Source of the DNA: a virus
Virus record (IMG/VR): IMGVR_UViG_3300009702_000018
Location: 39,046-103,045 of that record
Reading direction: 5' to 3' (one strand)
DNA: 64,000 bases
Shown: piece by piece, positions 51,072-59,682 of the stretch
Layout: every line of letters starts with the position of its first letter
How positions within the stretch are numbered: the stretch's first letter is position 1
Notes under the pieces: generated by a model
The model's database searches: none
What the model saw: only the letters and a program-made list of their open reading frames with translations
Told to the model about the DNA's origin: nothing
Made by a program: the position numbers and the translations under genes

Positions 51072-51322
51072 AAAATCAATCAGACCAAAACAAATTTGAA
51101 ATTCAGGAAGCGTTTTTTGACCTCGGGAATTTACATTTTAAGGGAACAATAAAAGACAAAATTTTTATTCTGGAAAAAATAATACTCAATTTTATCCTCT
51201 TATCAATCCCCAAAATTGAATTAAACCAATTGTATATAAATAAGATTATAGATAAGAAAAAGTTAATGGTAAAACATGAACGACAAACTATAAAAGACAG
51301 AGGAATAGAATATGAAAACTAA
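51068..51322 (+). CDS. Family A paralog 6
   Basis: Same motif set. Confidence 0.8.
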   Translation: MKNQSDQNKFEIQEAFFDLGNLHFKGTIKDKIFILEKIILNFILLSIPKIELNQLYINKIIDKKKLMVKHERQTIKDRGIEYEN

Positions 51323-51539
51323 ATTAAAGGAAACAAAAGAAAAAGATTGTTATGTAGATGGATTTATACGGAAAAAGGTTCTTACTTTAAAGGAAGTTGT
51401 ATTTCTCGTTCCTGATCCAAAGTTCCATTCACACGAGATAAGTCGATTTGAAATAATTAAGGTTATAGACAAAGAACACAGATTGCCATTAATTGCTCAA
51501 GATATTCTCAAAGAAAAAGGAATAAAATATGAAAATTAA
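51312..51539 (+). CDS. Family A paralog 7 (internal deletion)
   Basis: KVIDK...KGIKYEN. Confidence 0.75.
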   Translation: MKTKLKETKEKDCYVDGFIRKKVLTLKEVVFLVPDPKFHSHEISRFEIIKVIDKEHRLPLIAQDILKEKGIKYEN

Positions 51540-51771
51540 ATTAGATACAGCAAAAAAGGACGTATATTTTTCCATTAAAGAGTATAAGTTTAAAGGAGTT
51601 TTAGAAAACAGAATTTTCACCTTATTAAATGTATTAAAAGTTATTCCTGTTAATTACTCCCCCGTTGAATTGGACCAATTTTATATAACAAAGATTGTGG
51701 ATAAGAGACAAATGATGATAACGAAAGAACGACTTCTTCTTGGAAAGAAAGGGATAGTATATGAAAATTAG
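51529..51771 (+). CDS. Family A paralog 8
   Basis: Same motif set. Confidence 0.8.
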   Translation: MKIKLDTAKKDVYFSIKEYKFKGVLENRIFTLLNVLKVIPVNYSPVELDQFYITKIVDKRQMMITKERLLLGKKGIVYEN

Positions 51772-52006
51772 GTTAGACAAAGAAGAAGAACCGAGACATT
51801 TTGGGATAAGCGGTATTTATTTCGAGGGAGTCATACGGAGCGGGATTTTTACTGTGCAAAAAGTAGTATTTGACCGTAGACGATTATCCTGCCCTTCAAT
51901 CGAATTAAATAAACCATACATAATGAAAATTATAGATAGAGGAAGAAAGCTATTGTCGTATGAAAAGAAATTTATTAAAAGAAGAGGCATAGAATATATA
52001 GATTGA
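51761..52006 (+). CDS. Family A paralog 9
   Basis: Same motif set. Confidence 0.8.
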   Translation: MKIRLDKEEEPRHFGISGIYFEGVIRSGIFTVQKVVFDRRRLSCPSIELNKPYIMKIIDRGRKLLSYEKKFIKRRGIEYID

Positions 52007-52018
52007 AAGGAATAAATA

Positions 52019-52330
52019 ATGAAATGTAATGAATGTGGACAAGAAACAAATTTAAAATGCGTATTTTGCCATAAACCACTATGTCAAAACTGCGTATATT
52101 ATTGGACAACAAGAAAAGAACCTTTGTGTTCAAATTGTTTTGATAAAAGATTTGAGGAAAGTTGGTTAAGTATTGATTTGATTAAGCAAGGGTTTGGAAA
52201 TGAAGTTTTGAGAAGGTTTAATATAAAGACACAATTGACAGTGGACTCACAAACTATTGCCAATGAATTAAATACCTATCAAAAATTACAACACAATAAT
52301 ATATTTGAAGAAGGAAAGAGGCACTCGTAA
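52019..52330 (+). CDS. Double Zn-finger protein
   Basis: CNEC..CVFC..CQNC..CSNC. Confidence 0.7.
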   Translation: MKCNECGQETNLKCVFCHKPLCQNCVYYWTTRKEPLCSNCFDKRFEESWLSIDLIKQGFGNEVLRRFNIKTQLTVDSQTIANELNTYQKLQHNNIFEEGKRHS

Positions 52331-52471
52331 ATGAAAAAGGTAGATTGGGTTTATTTGGGATTAGGTCTTATCTTAACGGCTGTATGGGTTGCTGTTATAG
52401 GAGATATTTTAATGCCACAACGATTTTTTGAAGGAAAATTAATTGGGTGGATAGTGTCTTTAATACCTTAA
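52331..52471 (+). CDS. 46-aa membrane peptide
   Basis: Read manually: MKKVDWVYLGLGLILTAVWVAVIG... Confidence 0.5.
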   Translation: MKKVDWVYLGLGLILTAVWVAVIGDILMPQRFFEGKLIGWIVSLIP

Positions 52472-52478
52472 AAAGTGC

Positions 52479-52507
52479 TTGACAAACCTTAAACGATTTA
52501 TTATATT
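52479..52507 (+). promoter_or_regulatory. Early promoter, probably giving a leaderless or near-leaderless mRNA
   Basis: TTGACA-N17-TATATT; ATG only 6 nt downstream. Confidence 0.65.
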
Positions 52508-52512
52508 ACATT

Positions 52513-52752
52513 ATGAAAACATATAATTATAAAGTAACATCAGGAAGCGAAACTCTACTACAAGGTAGATTAGTAGCGTTTAACAAACAGCAAGCTATTG
52601 GTATTATGTTCAAAAAGATAGCAACTAAAAAATACATAAACGGACTTACAATCAGTCTTGATGGAAAGATCGTTTATAAGGAAAAAGACTTTCCCATATT
52701 TAAGAGGTGGGTAGCAAGGAAAGTTGATAATAGACCGAAGAATGAGTGGTGA
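52513..52752 (+). CDS. Hypothetical protein
   Basis: 79 aa ORF behind the promoter. Confidence 0.6.
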   Translation: MKTYNYKVTSGSETLLQGRLVAFNKQQAIGIMFKKIATKKYINGLTISLDGKIVYKEKDFPIFKRWVARKVDNRPKNEW

Positions 52753-52755
52753 AAA

Positions 52756-53313
52756 ATGAAGTTAGAGAAGCTGGATAATAAAATAATAAAATTTACCTAT
52801 CAAATTGTAATTAACCTCTACAATAAACATTCAAACGATGTTATTGATGATATTGTAGGTGATTGTCTTTTATATTATGCAAAGCAAAAGCAGACCAAAT
52901 TTAAGAATTTTAAAACCAAGAAACATTTTTTAAATTGGTATGCGATTAAATGTAAATATATTGGCATAGATTATTTAAGAAACAATGGCAGATATAATTC
53001 AAGATGGAAGGGAAAATGGGATCAACCAAGAGCTACTTTGTTGTCAGATTTTCCTAAAGATCCTCTATACAATATTCGGGATGAACATACCCCTTTCCAT
53101 TTAACAAAACATTTATTGGAACAATCTTCTAAAACTCTTGGAGATAGAAGTAGGAGAGCAATAGAATATTATTTTATTCCTGAAAAAATGCCAGATGTAA
53201 AAGATATGACCTCTCAAAATAGAGGTTGCTTAAAATATAATGTTTTAGATAGAGTAACTCCAGTAATAAAACATAATTTAAAAGTTTTAAAGGAATTTGG
53301 GATAACAGAATGA
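52756..53313 (+). CDS. Sigma-factor-like protein (region 2)
   Basis: DDIVGDCLL...FLNWYAIKCKYIGIDYLR. Confidence 0.55.
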   Translation: MKLEKLDNKIIKFTYQIVINLYNKHSNDVIDDIVGDCLLYYAKQKQTKFKNFKTKKHFLNWYAIKCKYIGIDYLRNNGRYNSRWKGKWDQPRATLLSDFPKDPLYNIRDEHTPFHLTKHLLEQSSKTLGDRSRRAIEYYFIPEKMPDVKDMTSQNRGCLKYNVLDRVTPVIKHNLKVLKEFGITE

Positions 53314-53618
53314 TTATTAGCCTTACAACAAAAAAAATACTAATACACTCTGATTCTCCGGATCATATTAGTGTTAATGGAGTATTTTTATGCAATTCTT
53401 TGGGTAAAAAAACCGATATAAGAACTATGAGAACATTGACAAGTTTTTCTCCTAATAATTATGTACCGACATTATCCGTTAATAATTATATGAAATATCT
53501 GGAAGAGAATCATCATCGAATAATATGCGAAGATTGTATGGTCGCATTAAAAAAAATAGATAAGGAAGCTTATAGAAAAATAGATAGAAATGGCAGATGT
53601 GTTATGTGGAAAAGTTAA
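53310..53618 (+). CDS. Zn-binding protein (family D)
   Basis: HISVNGVFLC...CEDC. Confidence 0.6.
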   Translation: MIISLTTKKILIHSDSPDHISVNGVFLCNSLGKKTDIRTMRTLTSFSPNNYVPTLSVNNYMKYLEENHHRIICEDCMVALKKIDKEAYRKIDRNGRCVMWKS

Positions 53619-54030
53619 ACAAAGGTTAGTTAAAATGTATAAAATACCAAAAATTGAAGAAAAAACAAAAACTAAATTAGCTACCGACAAAGTACCAAGT
53701 CTAAAAAAAGAATATAATCTAAAAAGGAAACTTACAGTAGGAAAATATATGAGAGAAGTAGCTCTGGTATATAAGAAATTAAAAGACTGGCAAACAATCG
53801 AACGAGCCGATTTAATTATTCCATATGAATTTACAGAACAAAAGAATCTGCCCACAGGATATAGAATTTGGTATTTATCTCAAAGTAAAGGAGGAAACTA
53901 TTATAATGGACAATTCTTTGATTTGAAAATTAGTGGAAAGAAAAAACAAATAAGGAAAGAATGTAAATTAAGTAAGGAAGCTATAAAATTCTTTTCTTCA
54001 TACGATATAAAGAATGGAGATGAGATATGA
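53590..54030 (+). CDS. Basic hypothetical protein
   Basis: 146 aa ORF in the operon. Confidence 0.6.
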   Translation: MADVLCGKVKQRLVKMYKIPKIEEKTKTKLATDKVPSLKKEYNLKRKLTVGKYMREVALVYKKLKDWQTIERADLIIPYEFTEQKNLPTGYRIWYLSQSKGGNYYNGQFFDLKISGKKKQIRKECKLSKEAIKFFSSYDIKNGDEI

Positions 54031-54335
54031 TTATTCACCTAAACAAAGATTGGTTAGATAGAATAGAATTATGTTGGACTCACTATGAAAGTAATTCTAA
54101 AATACATATAAAGATAGATGGTAAAGAATTATGTCTATCTTATAATCCTTTCTGTTGTATAAATAACCAAGAATCACGGTTGTTAAATATAATGAGATTT
54201 CAACTTCGTTCCTCTTATTTATGTAAACATTGTAGAAAGAAACTGGAGAATAAATATATATCCGTTGAGATACTTTCATCTCTCGCCGAAAAAAAATTAA
54301 ATATCCTCGAAAAATGCTTGACAAACCATATATGA
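54027..54335 (+). CDS. Zn-binding protein (family D)
   Basis: HIKIDGKELC...CKHC. Confidence 0.6.
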   Translation: MIIHLNKDWLDRIELCWTHYESNSKIHIKIDGKELCLSYNPFCCINNQESRLLNIMRFQLRSSYLCKHCRKKLENKYISVEILSSLAEKKLNILEKCLTNHI

Positions 54336-54346
54336 TTATGTATATT
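54318..54346 (+). promoter_or_regulatory. Promoter of the ubiquitin-like operon
   Basis: TTGACA-N17-TATATT, then AAGGAG RBS. Confidence 0.75.
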
Positions 54347-54393
54347 ATGTTTGCAACTAAAAAACAAAAACCCTTAATTAAAGGAGAAATCAA

Positions 54394-54612
54394 ATGATTT
54401 CTATCAACATCATTAGTGGTGCTAATGAACACAACAATGTATCCGTTAGCAATGGGTATACTGTAGGTGATCTTCGTGAAGACTTTGGGAGTGCTTTCGG
54501 TATCCCATATGGCTCAAACGCTGTTATTGACGGAGTAAATCGTTCTGACGATTATGCTCTTCGTGATGGAGATACCATCACGTTTCAGAAAGAGACTGGA
54601 ACAAAAGCATAG
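54394..54612 (+). CDS. Ubiquitin-like beta-grasp protein (Ubl)
   Basis: 72 aa; TVGDL helix, A.IDG, LRDGDTITF, flexible tail KETGTKA. Confidence 0.85.
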   Translation: MISINIISGANEHNNVSVSNGYTVGDLREDFGSAFGIPYGSNAVIDGVNRSDDYALRDGDTITFQKETGTKA

Positions 54613-54639
54613 TCTTGTTGTTCCATCAGATTATAACAT

Positions 54640-54669
54640 AAGGGAGAAGAGTCCTTCTCCCTTTCTTTT
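54640..54669 (+). terminator. Terminator/attenuator between Ubl and E2
   Basis: AGGGAGAAG-agtc-CTTCTCCCT followed by TTCTTT. Confidence 0.7.
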
Positions 54670-54683
54670 AAGAAAGGAAAAAA

Positions 54684-55463
54684 ATGAGTGAAATTATTTT
54701 GACCGAGAATACAGCAAAGTTAGTAGAAAGGACTGTGATTCACGAAATCCCGTTAATGGATTTTTTGAACTCTGTTAACAAAAATATTCCACTAATATTT
54801 CCAATATTACCCAATAATATTCGTGGATTTATAAGTGGAGAAGTTACTTCTAACTTGATTATAGAGCAAGCTCCGAGAAAGATAAAATTGAGATTTAGAA
54901 CAACCGAGAATGAAGACAGTGAGGAAGATGATCGGATCTTTAATTTCAATGTATATATGCCGTATATCTATTATAATATCAATATTCAAAATAATCCTGT
55001 TTTGATAAATACTGTCAAAATGGCATTTGCTACAGCACCTGTAACAGACGAAAACTCAATATTGGGAACTATGCCGATGCCCAATATTGATGGCAGTCAA
55101 ACAATTTGCTTAGGAGATATAAATATCAAAGATGATTTACCTCTTCATATGGCAATTTCTGAATTGATTATTAAAATCTTATCGTCTGTTTGGAACTCTG
55201 ATTTATTTGATATAGATGGGATGGAGCCCATTCCATTCTTTAGTAAAGCGATAAAAAAATATGCAAATCATAATAGGTTAAAAGAACAATCTGATGATGA
55301 GGTTGCTAAATATTTAGTTACCCACGATTATAATGCCTTTGTCTCATATTTGTATGCTTGGGATGAAGCCACTCAACATATGAATTTACCTGAATTTATA
55401 AAAGCATTGACTTTTTCTCATACTTTCACTTATGGCAGTTATTTAAGAAGCACAGGAGTATAA
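54684..55463 (+). CDS. Prokaryotic E2-like protein (family D / PRTRC-B-like)
   Basis: PYIYY...AFAT...L..MPMPNIDGSQTICLGD with putative catalytic Cys. Confidence 0.72.
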   Translation: MSEIILTENTAKLVERTVIHEIPLMDFLNSVNKNIPLIFPILPNNIRGFISGEVTSNLIIEQAPRKIKLRFRTTENEDSEEDDRIFNFNVYMPYIYYNINIQNNPVLINTVKMAFATAPVTDENSILGTMPMPNIDGSQTICLGDINIKDDLPLHMAISELIIKILSSVWNSDLFDIDGMEPIPFFSKAIKKYANHNRLKEQSDDEVAKYLVTHDYNAFVSYLYAWDEATQHMNLPEFIKALTFSHTFTYGSYLRSTGV

Positions 55464-55467
55464 TAAA

Positions 55468-55833
55468 ATGAATGATTTCCAAACACTTAAAAATATATTT
55501 CAATATGTCTCTCCTTTGAAGAAAGTTCAAACTTTTCCTACCCCCAAATTCGCAGAGAGAAATATTGGAGTAATAGTCAAAGAAACAGGAAGCCCTATTA
55601 CAAAAAAGAATTTTGAATCAGTAAATTTCATTAGGTCTCAAATTGCAGATTATTATCGGAATAAAGGATACAACAATTCATCTAAACAAGCAGTTGCGGT
55701 CGCTTCAGCATTATTCAGCATACTGGGAGAAAATTCCAATCATATGATAAATCAATTAACTGATAGTTTAAAATTTGACGTAATGGCAAAATCTATCAAG
55801 AACCTACTCGTAATAAAAGGAAGAAGAAAATAA
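55468..55833 (+). CDS. Unknown protein within the Ubl operon
   Basis: 121 aa; TAATG-coupled to the JAB gene. Confidence 0.65.
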   Translation: MNDFQTLKNIFQYVSPLKKVQTFPTPKFAERNIGVIVKETGSPITKKNFESVNFIRSQIADYYRNKGYNNSSKQAVAVASALFSILGENSNHMINQLTDSLKFDVMAKSIKNLLVIKGRRK

Positions 55834-56717
55834 TGTCTTTACCTGTATTTTATAAGCTAAAAGATAAATTCTTTGATGTGGCAACAAATCAAGAAGTTGA
55901 TATTAAAGAAGTCAGCTACGGATTTGTTATAAGCAAAAAAGGATTATTTTCAATTCTTGTCTCAAAAGGACATTCTATTATAAGACCTGCAAAAACAGAA
56001 TTGGAACGCTTTGATGAAATAGAAGAAGAAGTAACCTACAATTATCCAAAAGTATCTTATGCTATTTATAGTAAAGCCCTCCAATTCTTCAGAGAAGTAT
56101 ACAAAAAACATCAAAGCGAAGGTGCTTTATTATTAGTCTTAAATAGAACACAGCCCTTAGAGGAACAAGAATATAAAATCTATATTCCGAAGCAACAAGT
56201 AAGCACTGCTGGAGTTGATTATACCGTTGATCATTCTGAATTGGGTAAAGATGAATTTCTGGCAGGGTCAATTCATTCTCATCCTGACTTCGATGCATTT
56301 CAATCGGGTGTGGATGAAGAAGATGAGTTTACTTTTGATGGAGTTCATTTAACATTCGGACATATTCAACAAACTGTTCCCGACATTCACGGAAGAGTTG
56401 TGTTAGCAAGACAATCTTATGAGGCAAAAGATTTGATTGAGATTGCTCCTCCCTCATCAGATACAATCCCAGAAGATTGGATGAAGAAAGTAGAAAAGGA
56501 AACTTACAATGCTATTGTTGGAAATTATATGAATAATTATGGTAATTATGGGTATAATGGATGGGGCGAAGAAATATATCACAATCAGAACCGAAATAAA
56601 AATTCACAACAATATAATTTTTCCTCTAATAGTGTCGAAGAACTAATTGCGGCGATGAAACCTAAAAATCTTGTCAATAATAAGCACACAAAAAAACTAA
56701 AACCTATATTAAAGTAA
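55833..56717 (+). CDS. JAB/JAMM metalloprotease (deubiquitinase-like)
   Basis: SEG...PKQQVS...GSIHSHPDFDAFQSGVD: E-x(n)-HxH-x7-S-x2-D. Confidence 0.88.
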   Translation: MSLPVFYKLKDKFFDVATNQEVDIKEVSYGFVISKKGLFSILVSKGHSIIRPAKTELERFDEIEEEVTYNYPKVSYAIYSKALQFFREVYKKHQSEGALLLVLNRTQPLEEQEYKIYIPKQQVSTAGVDYTVDHSELGKDEFLAGSIHSHPDFDAFQSGVDEEDEFTFDGVHLTFGHIQQTVPDIHGRVVLARQSYEAKDLIEIAPPSSDTIPEDWMKKVEKETYNAIVGNYMNNYGNYGYNGWGEEIYHNQNRNKNSQQYNFSSNSVEELIAAMKPKNLVNNKHTKKLKPILK

Positions 56718-56727
56718 AGGAGACAAA

Positions 56728-57432
56728 ATGAATTTCAAAAATTTTAACAAAATCGTCATAGTTGGAGACGGGGGAGTTGGAAGCAATCTCGTTGTTCCTC
56801 TTATGAAATTTATCAAGACAATGAGAGAGTTAGGTTTCAATAATAAACTTGACCTCTTTATTTGTGATGGAGATGTTGTTGAAAAGAAAAATCTGGCAAG
56901 ACAAGATTTTGTGTTTTCAGATATAAGGAAAAACAAAGCAGAAGCAACGGCATCATATATCGCTTCTTCATTTCCTGTCGAAGATGTAAAGATAATTCCC
57001 GTTTCGGAATATATTAAAGCAAATAATTTGGAGTTCGTAAGCGATGGAACTATTTTATTCGTCGGTGTCGACAACTATATTACAAGAAAAACGATTGAGG
57101 ATAAAATGAAAGAAATTAATGGAGAAATTCTCGCAATCTTCGGAGGGAACGAATATGATGATGGAGATGTAAATGTAGTTCATAAAACAAAAAGTGGGTT
57201 TACCACCCCATTATATTCTAAAAAGCATCCTGAAATAATGAAGAAGGATAGATTCCCAGATGAAATAGGATGTGAAGAAGCGGCACAAACTACTTCTCCT
57301 CAATTGATATTCACAAATATGATGGTAGCTAATTATATGTTGGAAGCGTTTTATGCTTGGGCAACAAATAAAGTGCAATGGCACGAGAAACTATTTGATT
57401 TAAAAACAGGAGCAGTGAGGGTAGTAAAATGA
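56728..57432 (+). CDS. ThiF/E1-like Ubl-activating enzyme
   Basis: VGDGGVGS, DGDVVEKKNLARQ, NKAE, GVDNYITR, GCEE (putative catalytic Cys), PQL..TN. Confidence 0.9.
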   Translation: MNFKNFNKIVIVGDGGVGSNLVVPLMKFIKTMRELGFNNKLDLFICDGDVVEKKNLARQDFVFSDIRKNKAEATASYIASSFPVEDVKIIPVSEYIKANNLEFVSDGTILFVGVDNYITRKTIEDKMKEINGEILAIFGGNEYDDGDVNVVHKTKSGFTTPLYSKKHPEIMKKDRFPDEIGCEEAAQTTSPQLIFTNMMVANYMLEAFYAWATNKVQWHEKLFDLKTGAVRVVK

Positions 57433-58070
57433 AAGGACAAATTAACATTCAAAAACACAATACAAAAATTCAATTGGACAACTTAAAAACAATAATAGAT
57501 AATGGTATATTTGAACAAGATTATTGGGTATTCAAAAGATTACTCGCCATTATGATGTCGCAAAATCATTATATCTGGAAATTCTTTCACGATGTAACAA
57601 AAGGAGTTGCTCCTAATAAACGAGTAGATATATCAGAAAAGGCTGATTATGCTTCGGATTTTATGAACGCAATGTTTGAATTAACTGGAGCATTAGATAA
57701 TATATTCAAAGAAATAGAAAAGAAATGGACTTCTTTTAATCATCATTCAGAATATAATGGATATTATTCTACTTCTTATCATACCAAAATAACAAATCTA
57801 TTCTATGACGATTTATTTTCTGGAGCATCTAAAGAAGAAAGTCCTTCTTATTATATGAGTCTATTAGGAGATAGTTACTTTGATAAAGAAGTCCATAAAG
57901 AATTATTCAATATATTATTGGATGCAATATGTTCTTTCGATAATATTGCTACAAAATATTGTATGGAAATTGAACCGAGAGAAAGTAAGGAAGATAGATG
58001 GAAATATATAGAAAAAGAAGTCGCAAAAATAAGGAAGCAAAATAAAAAGACATATTTATTATCTTTTTAG
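57429..58070 (+). CDS. Unknown helical protein coupled to E1
   Basis: 213 aa; ATGA overlap with E1. Confidence 0.65.
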   Translation: MKGQINIQKHNTKIQLDNLKTIIDNGIFEQDYWVFKRLLAIMMSQNHYIWKFFHDVTKGVAPNKRVDISEKADYASDFMNAMFELTGALDNIFKEIEKKWTSFNHHSEYNGYYSTSYHTKITNLFYDDLFSGASKEESPSYYMSLLGDSYFDKEVHKELFNILLDAICSFDNIATKYCMEIEPRESKEDRWKYIEKEVAKIRKQNKKTYLLSF

Positions 58071-58079
58071 GAAATAAAA

Positions 58080-58751
58080 ATGTTAGATATAATCGAAAAA
58101 AATAAGCCTTTGATAAGAAAAATCGCAACCAGATTATGTAAGCAAAATCAAGATTATACCTATGATGATATTTCGAGAATGACCATTACTTCTCTATATG
58201 AATCTTATTCAAAGGAAAAGAAAATCAATTTCATAGATATATATACTAAAACACTAAATAGGATATTAGAAGAAAAAGGTTTCAAATATATAAATGAAAA
58301 ACCTATTAACATATTATCTAACGAGCCTATTGTAGAAAACCAAAATAAAAAATATTATGACCTCATTAACAAACACTCCATTAAATCTTTGATTGATATG
58401 GCGTTCAAAAATACTAAACTAACTCAGGAAGAAATATTTATTATATCTTTGTCTTTCAATTTGGATACCCCAGATGCATTAAAAGGTGAATATAAAAATA
58501 AATTGGACAATATTGAACCCATATATTATATGAGAAAATTAACCAAAAAAGAAATTGCTAAAATAGCAGGAATGACTCCTTCTCAAGTTGCAAGGATTCA
58601 AAAGAAAGCCCTTATGAAAATGGAACAACATTGTGTTATTGAACCTGCTAAAAAATTTAAACGGCTACTTTTGAAAAATGCAAAAGCTATTAGGAAAGAG
58701 AAGAATCGCAATGTTAAAGCTGGAACAATTCATTGGTCAAAAAAAGATTAA
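58080..58751 (+). CDS. Sigma-70 family factor
   Basis: IEKNKPLIRKIA (region 2.1); LTQEE...LTKKEIAKIAGMTPSQVARIQKKAL (region 4 HTH). Confidence 0.78.
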   Translation: MLDIIEKNKPLIRKIATRLCKQNQDYTYDDISRMTITSLYESYSKEKKINFIDIYTKTLNRILEEKGFKYINEKPINILSNEPIVENQNKKYYDLINKHSIKSLIDMAFKNTKLTQEEIFIISLSFNLDTPDALKGEYKNKLDNIEPIYYMRKLTKKEIAKIAGMTPSQVARIQKKALMKMEQHCVIEPAKKFKRLLLKNAKAIRKEKNRNVKAGTIHWSKKD

Positions 58752-59607
58752 ACAGGAATTACAATTTTATATAATCAATTCCAATACTAACAACATTCCC
58801 CTACCCCACACAATATTATATGGAAGTGCGGGATTGGGAAAAACTTCGTTGGTTCATGTTGTAGCAAATGAAACAAGCTCCAATTTAATTGAAAAGACAG
58901 GTAGCGAATTAAATACAAAAATAATTCAGGAAATATTACAAAAAATATATTTTGGTACAATCTTATTTATTGACGAAATACATAATATGCCGACAAAATC
59001 TGCTGAGGTATTGTATACCCCTATGCAAACGATAAATAACCAAATGCTACAACAACAAATTGATAGTTTTGATTTTGAAGGCATATCAATATCTCCTTTT
59101 ACAGTCATAGGAGCAACAACATCTGCAGGCATGTTATTAAAACCTTTCAGAGATAGAATGATATTGGACTTTCATTTTCAATTATATACAAAAGAAGAAT
59201 TGGTTCAAATATTACTGAACAACAAATGTCCTCTCAATATAGCGAAAATGATTGCCGATAGATCAAGGGGAGTTCCTCGTATCGCAGTAAATTTCTTTAT
59301 AAGGATAAGAAATGAATCTATAATTGAAAAATATATTACGGAAGAAAAATGTTTAAAATTTTTTGACAGAATAGGAATTAATAAAGATGGATTCAATGCT
59401 ACTGATAGAATGATATTGGAATACTTATATGAATATAAAGTGGCAAGCGAATCTGAACTCACAAAAACTTTAGGAATAGATTTATTTGATTATAAAAACA
59501 TATATGAACCTTTTTTATTATCAAAGAGAACAATAAAAATTTCCAGTAAGGGCAGACAAATTACAGATAAAGGAATTGAATATTTTGAAGAAAATTTTCA
59601 GGAATAG
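58711..59607 (+). CDS. ruvB: RuvB-like Holliday junction branch migration AAA+ ATPase
   Basis: FIGQ, HTILYGSAGLGKTSL, LFIDEIH, PFTVIGATT.AG.L.KP.RDR, SRGVPR, YEPFL...GR. Confidence 0.88.
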   Translation: MLKLEQFIGQKKIKQELQFYIINSNTNNIPLPHTILYGSAGLGKTSLVHVVANETSSNLIEKTGSELNTKIIQEILQKIYFGTILFIDEIHNMPTKSAEVLYTPMQTINNQMLQQQIDSFDFEGISISPFTVIGATTSAGMLLKPFRDRMILDFHFQLYTKEELVQILLNNKCPLNIAKMIADRSRGVPRIAVNFFIRIRNESIIEKYITEEKCLKFFDRIGINKDGFNATDRMILEYLYEYKVASESELTKTLGIDLFDYKNIYEPFLLSKRTIKISSKGRQITDKGIEYFEENFQE

Positions 59608-59632
59608 GTATTCGTAAAACCTTAAAAAAAGA

Positions 59633-59661
59633 TTGACATTTAATCAGGAATATGTTATATT
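59633..59661 (+). promoter_or_regulatory. Promoter for the family B array
   Basis: TTGACA-N17 with extended TG-n-TATATT. Confidence 0.75.
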
Positions 59662-59682
59662 AAAATAAAAGAAAGTTAAGCT

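Noticed and set aside
54394-57432. ThiS/ThiF or MoaD/MoeB sulfur-relay (cofactor biosynthesis) operon
   Set aside because: An E2-like gene is present, the Ubl lacks GG, and no thiamine, molybdopterin or cysteine synthesis genes are nearby.
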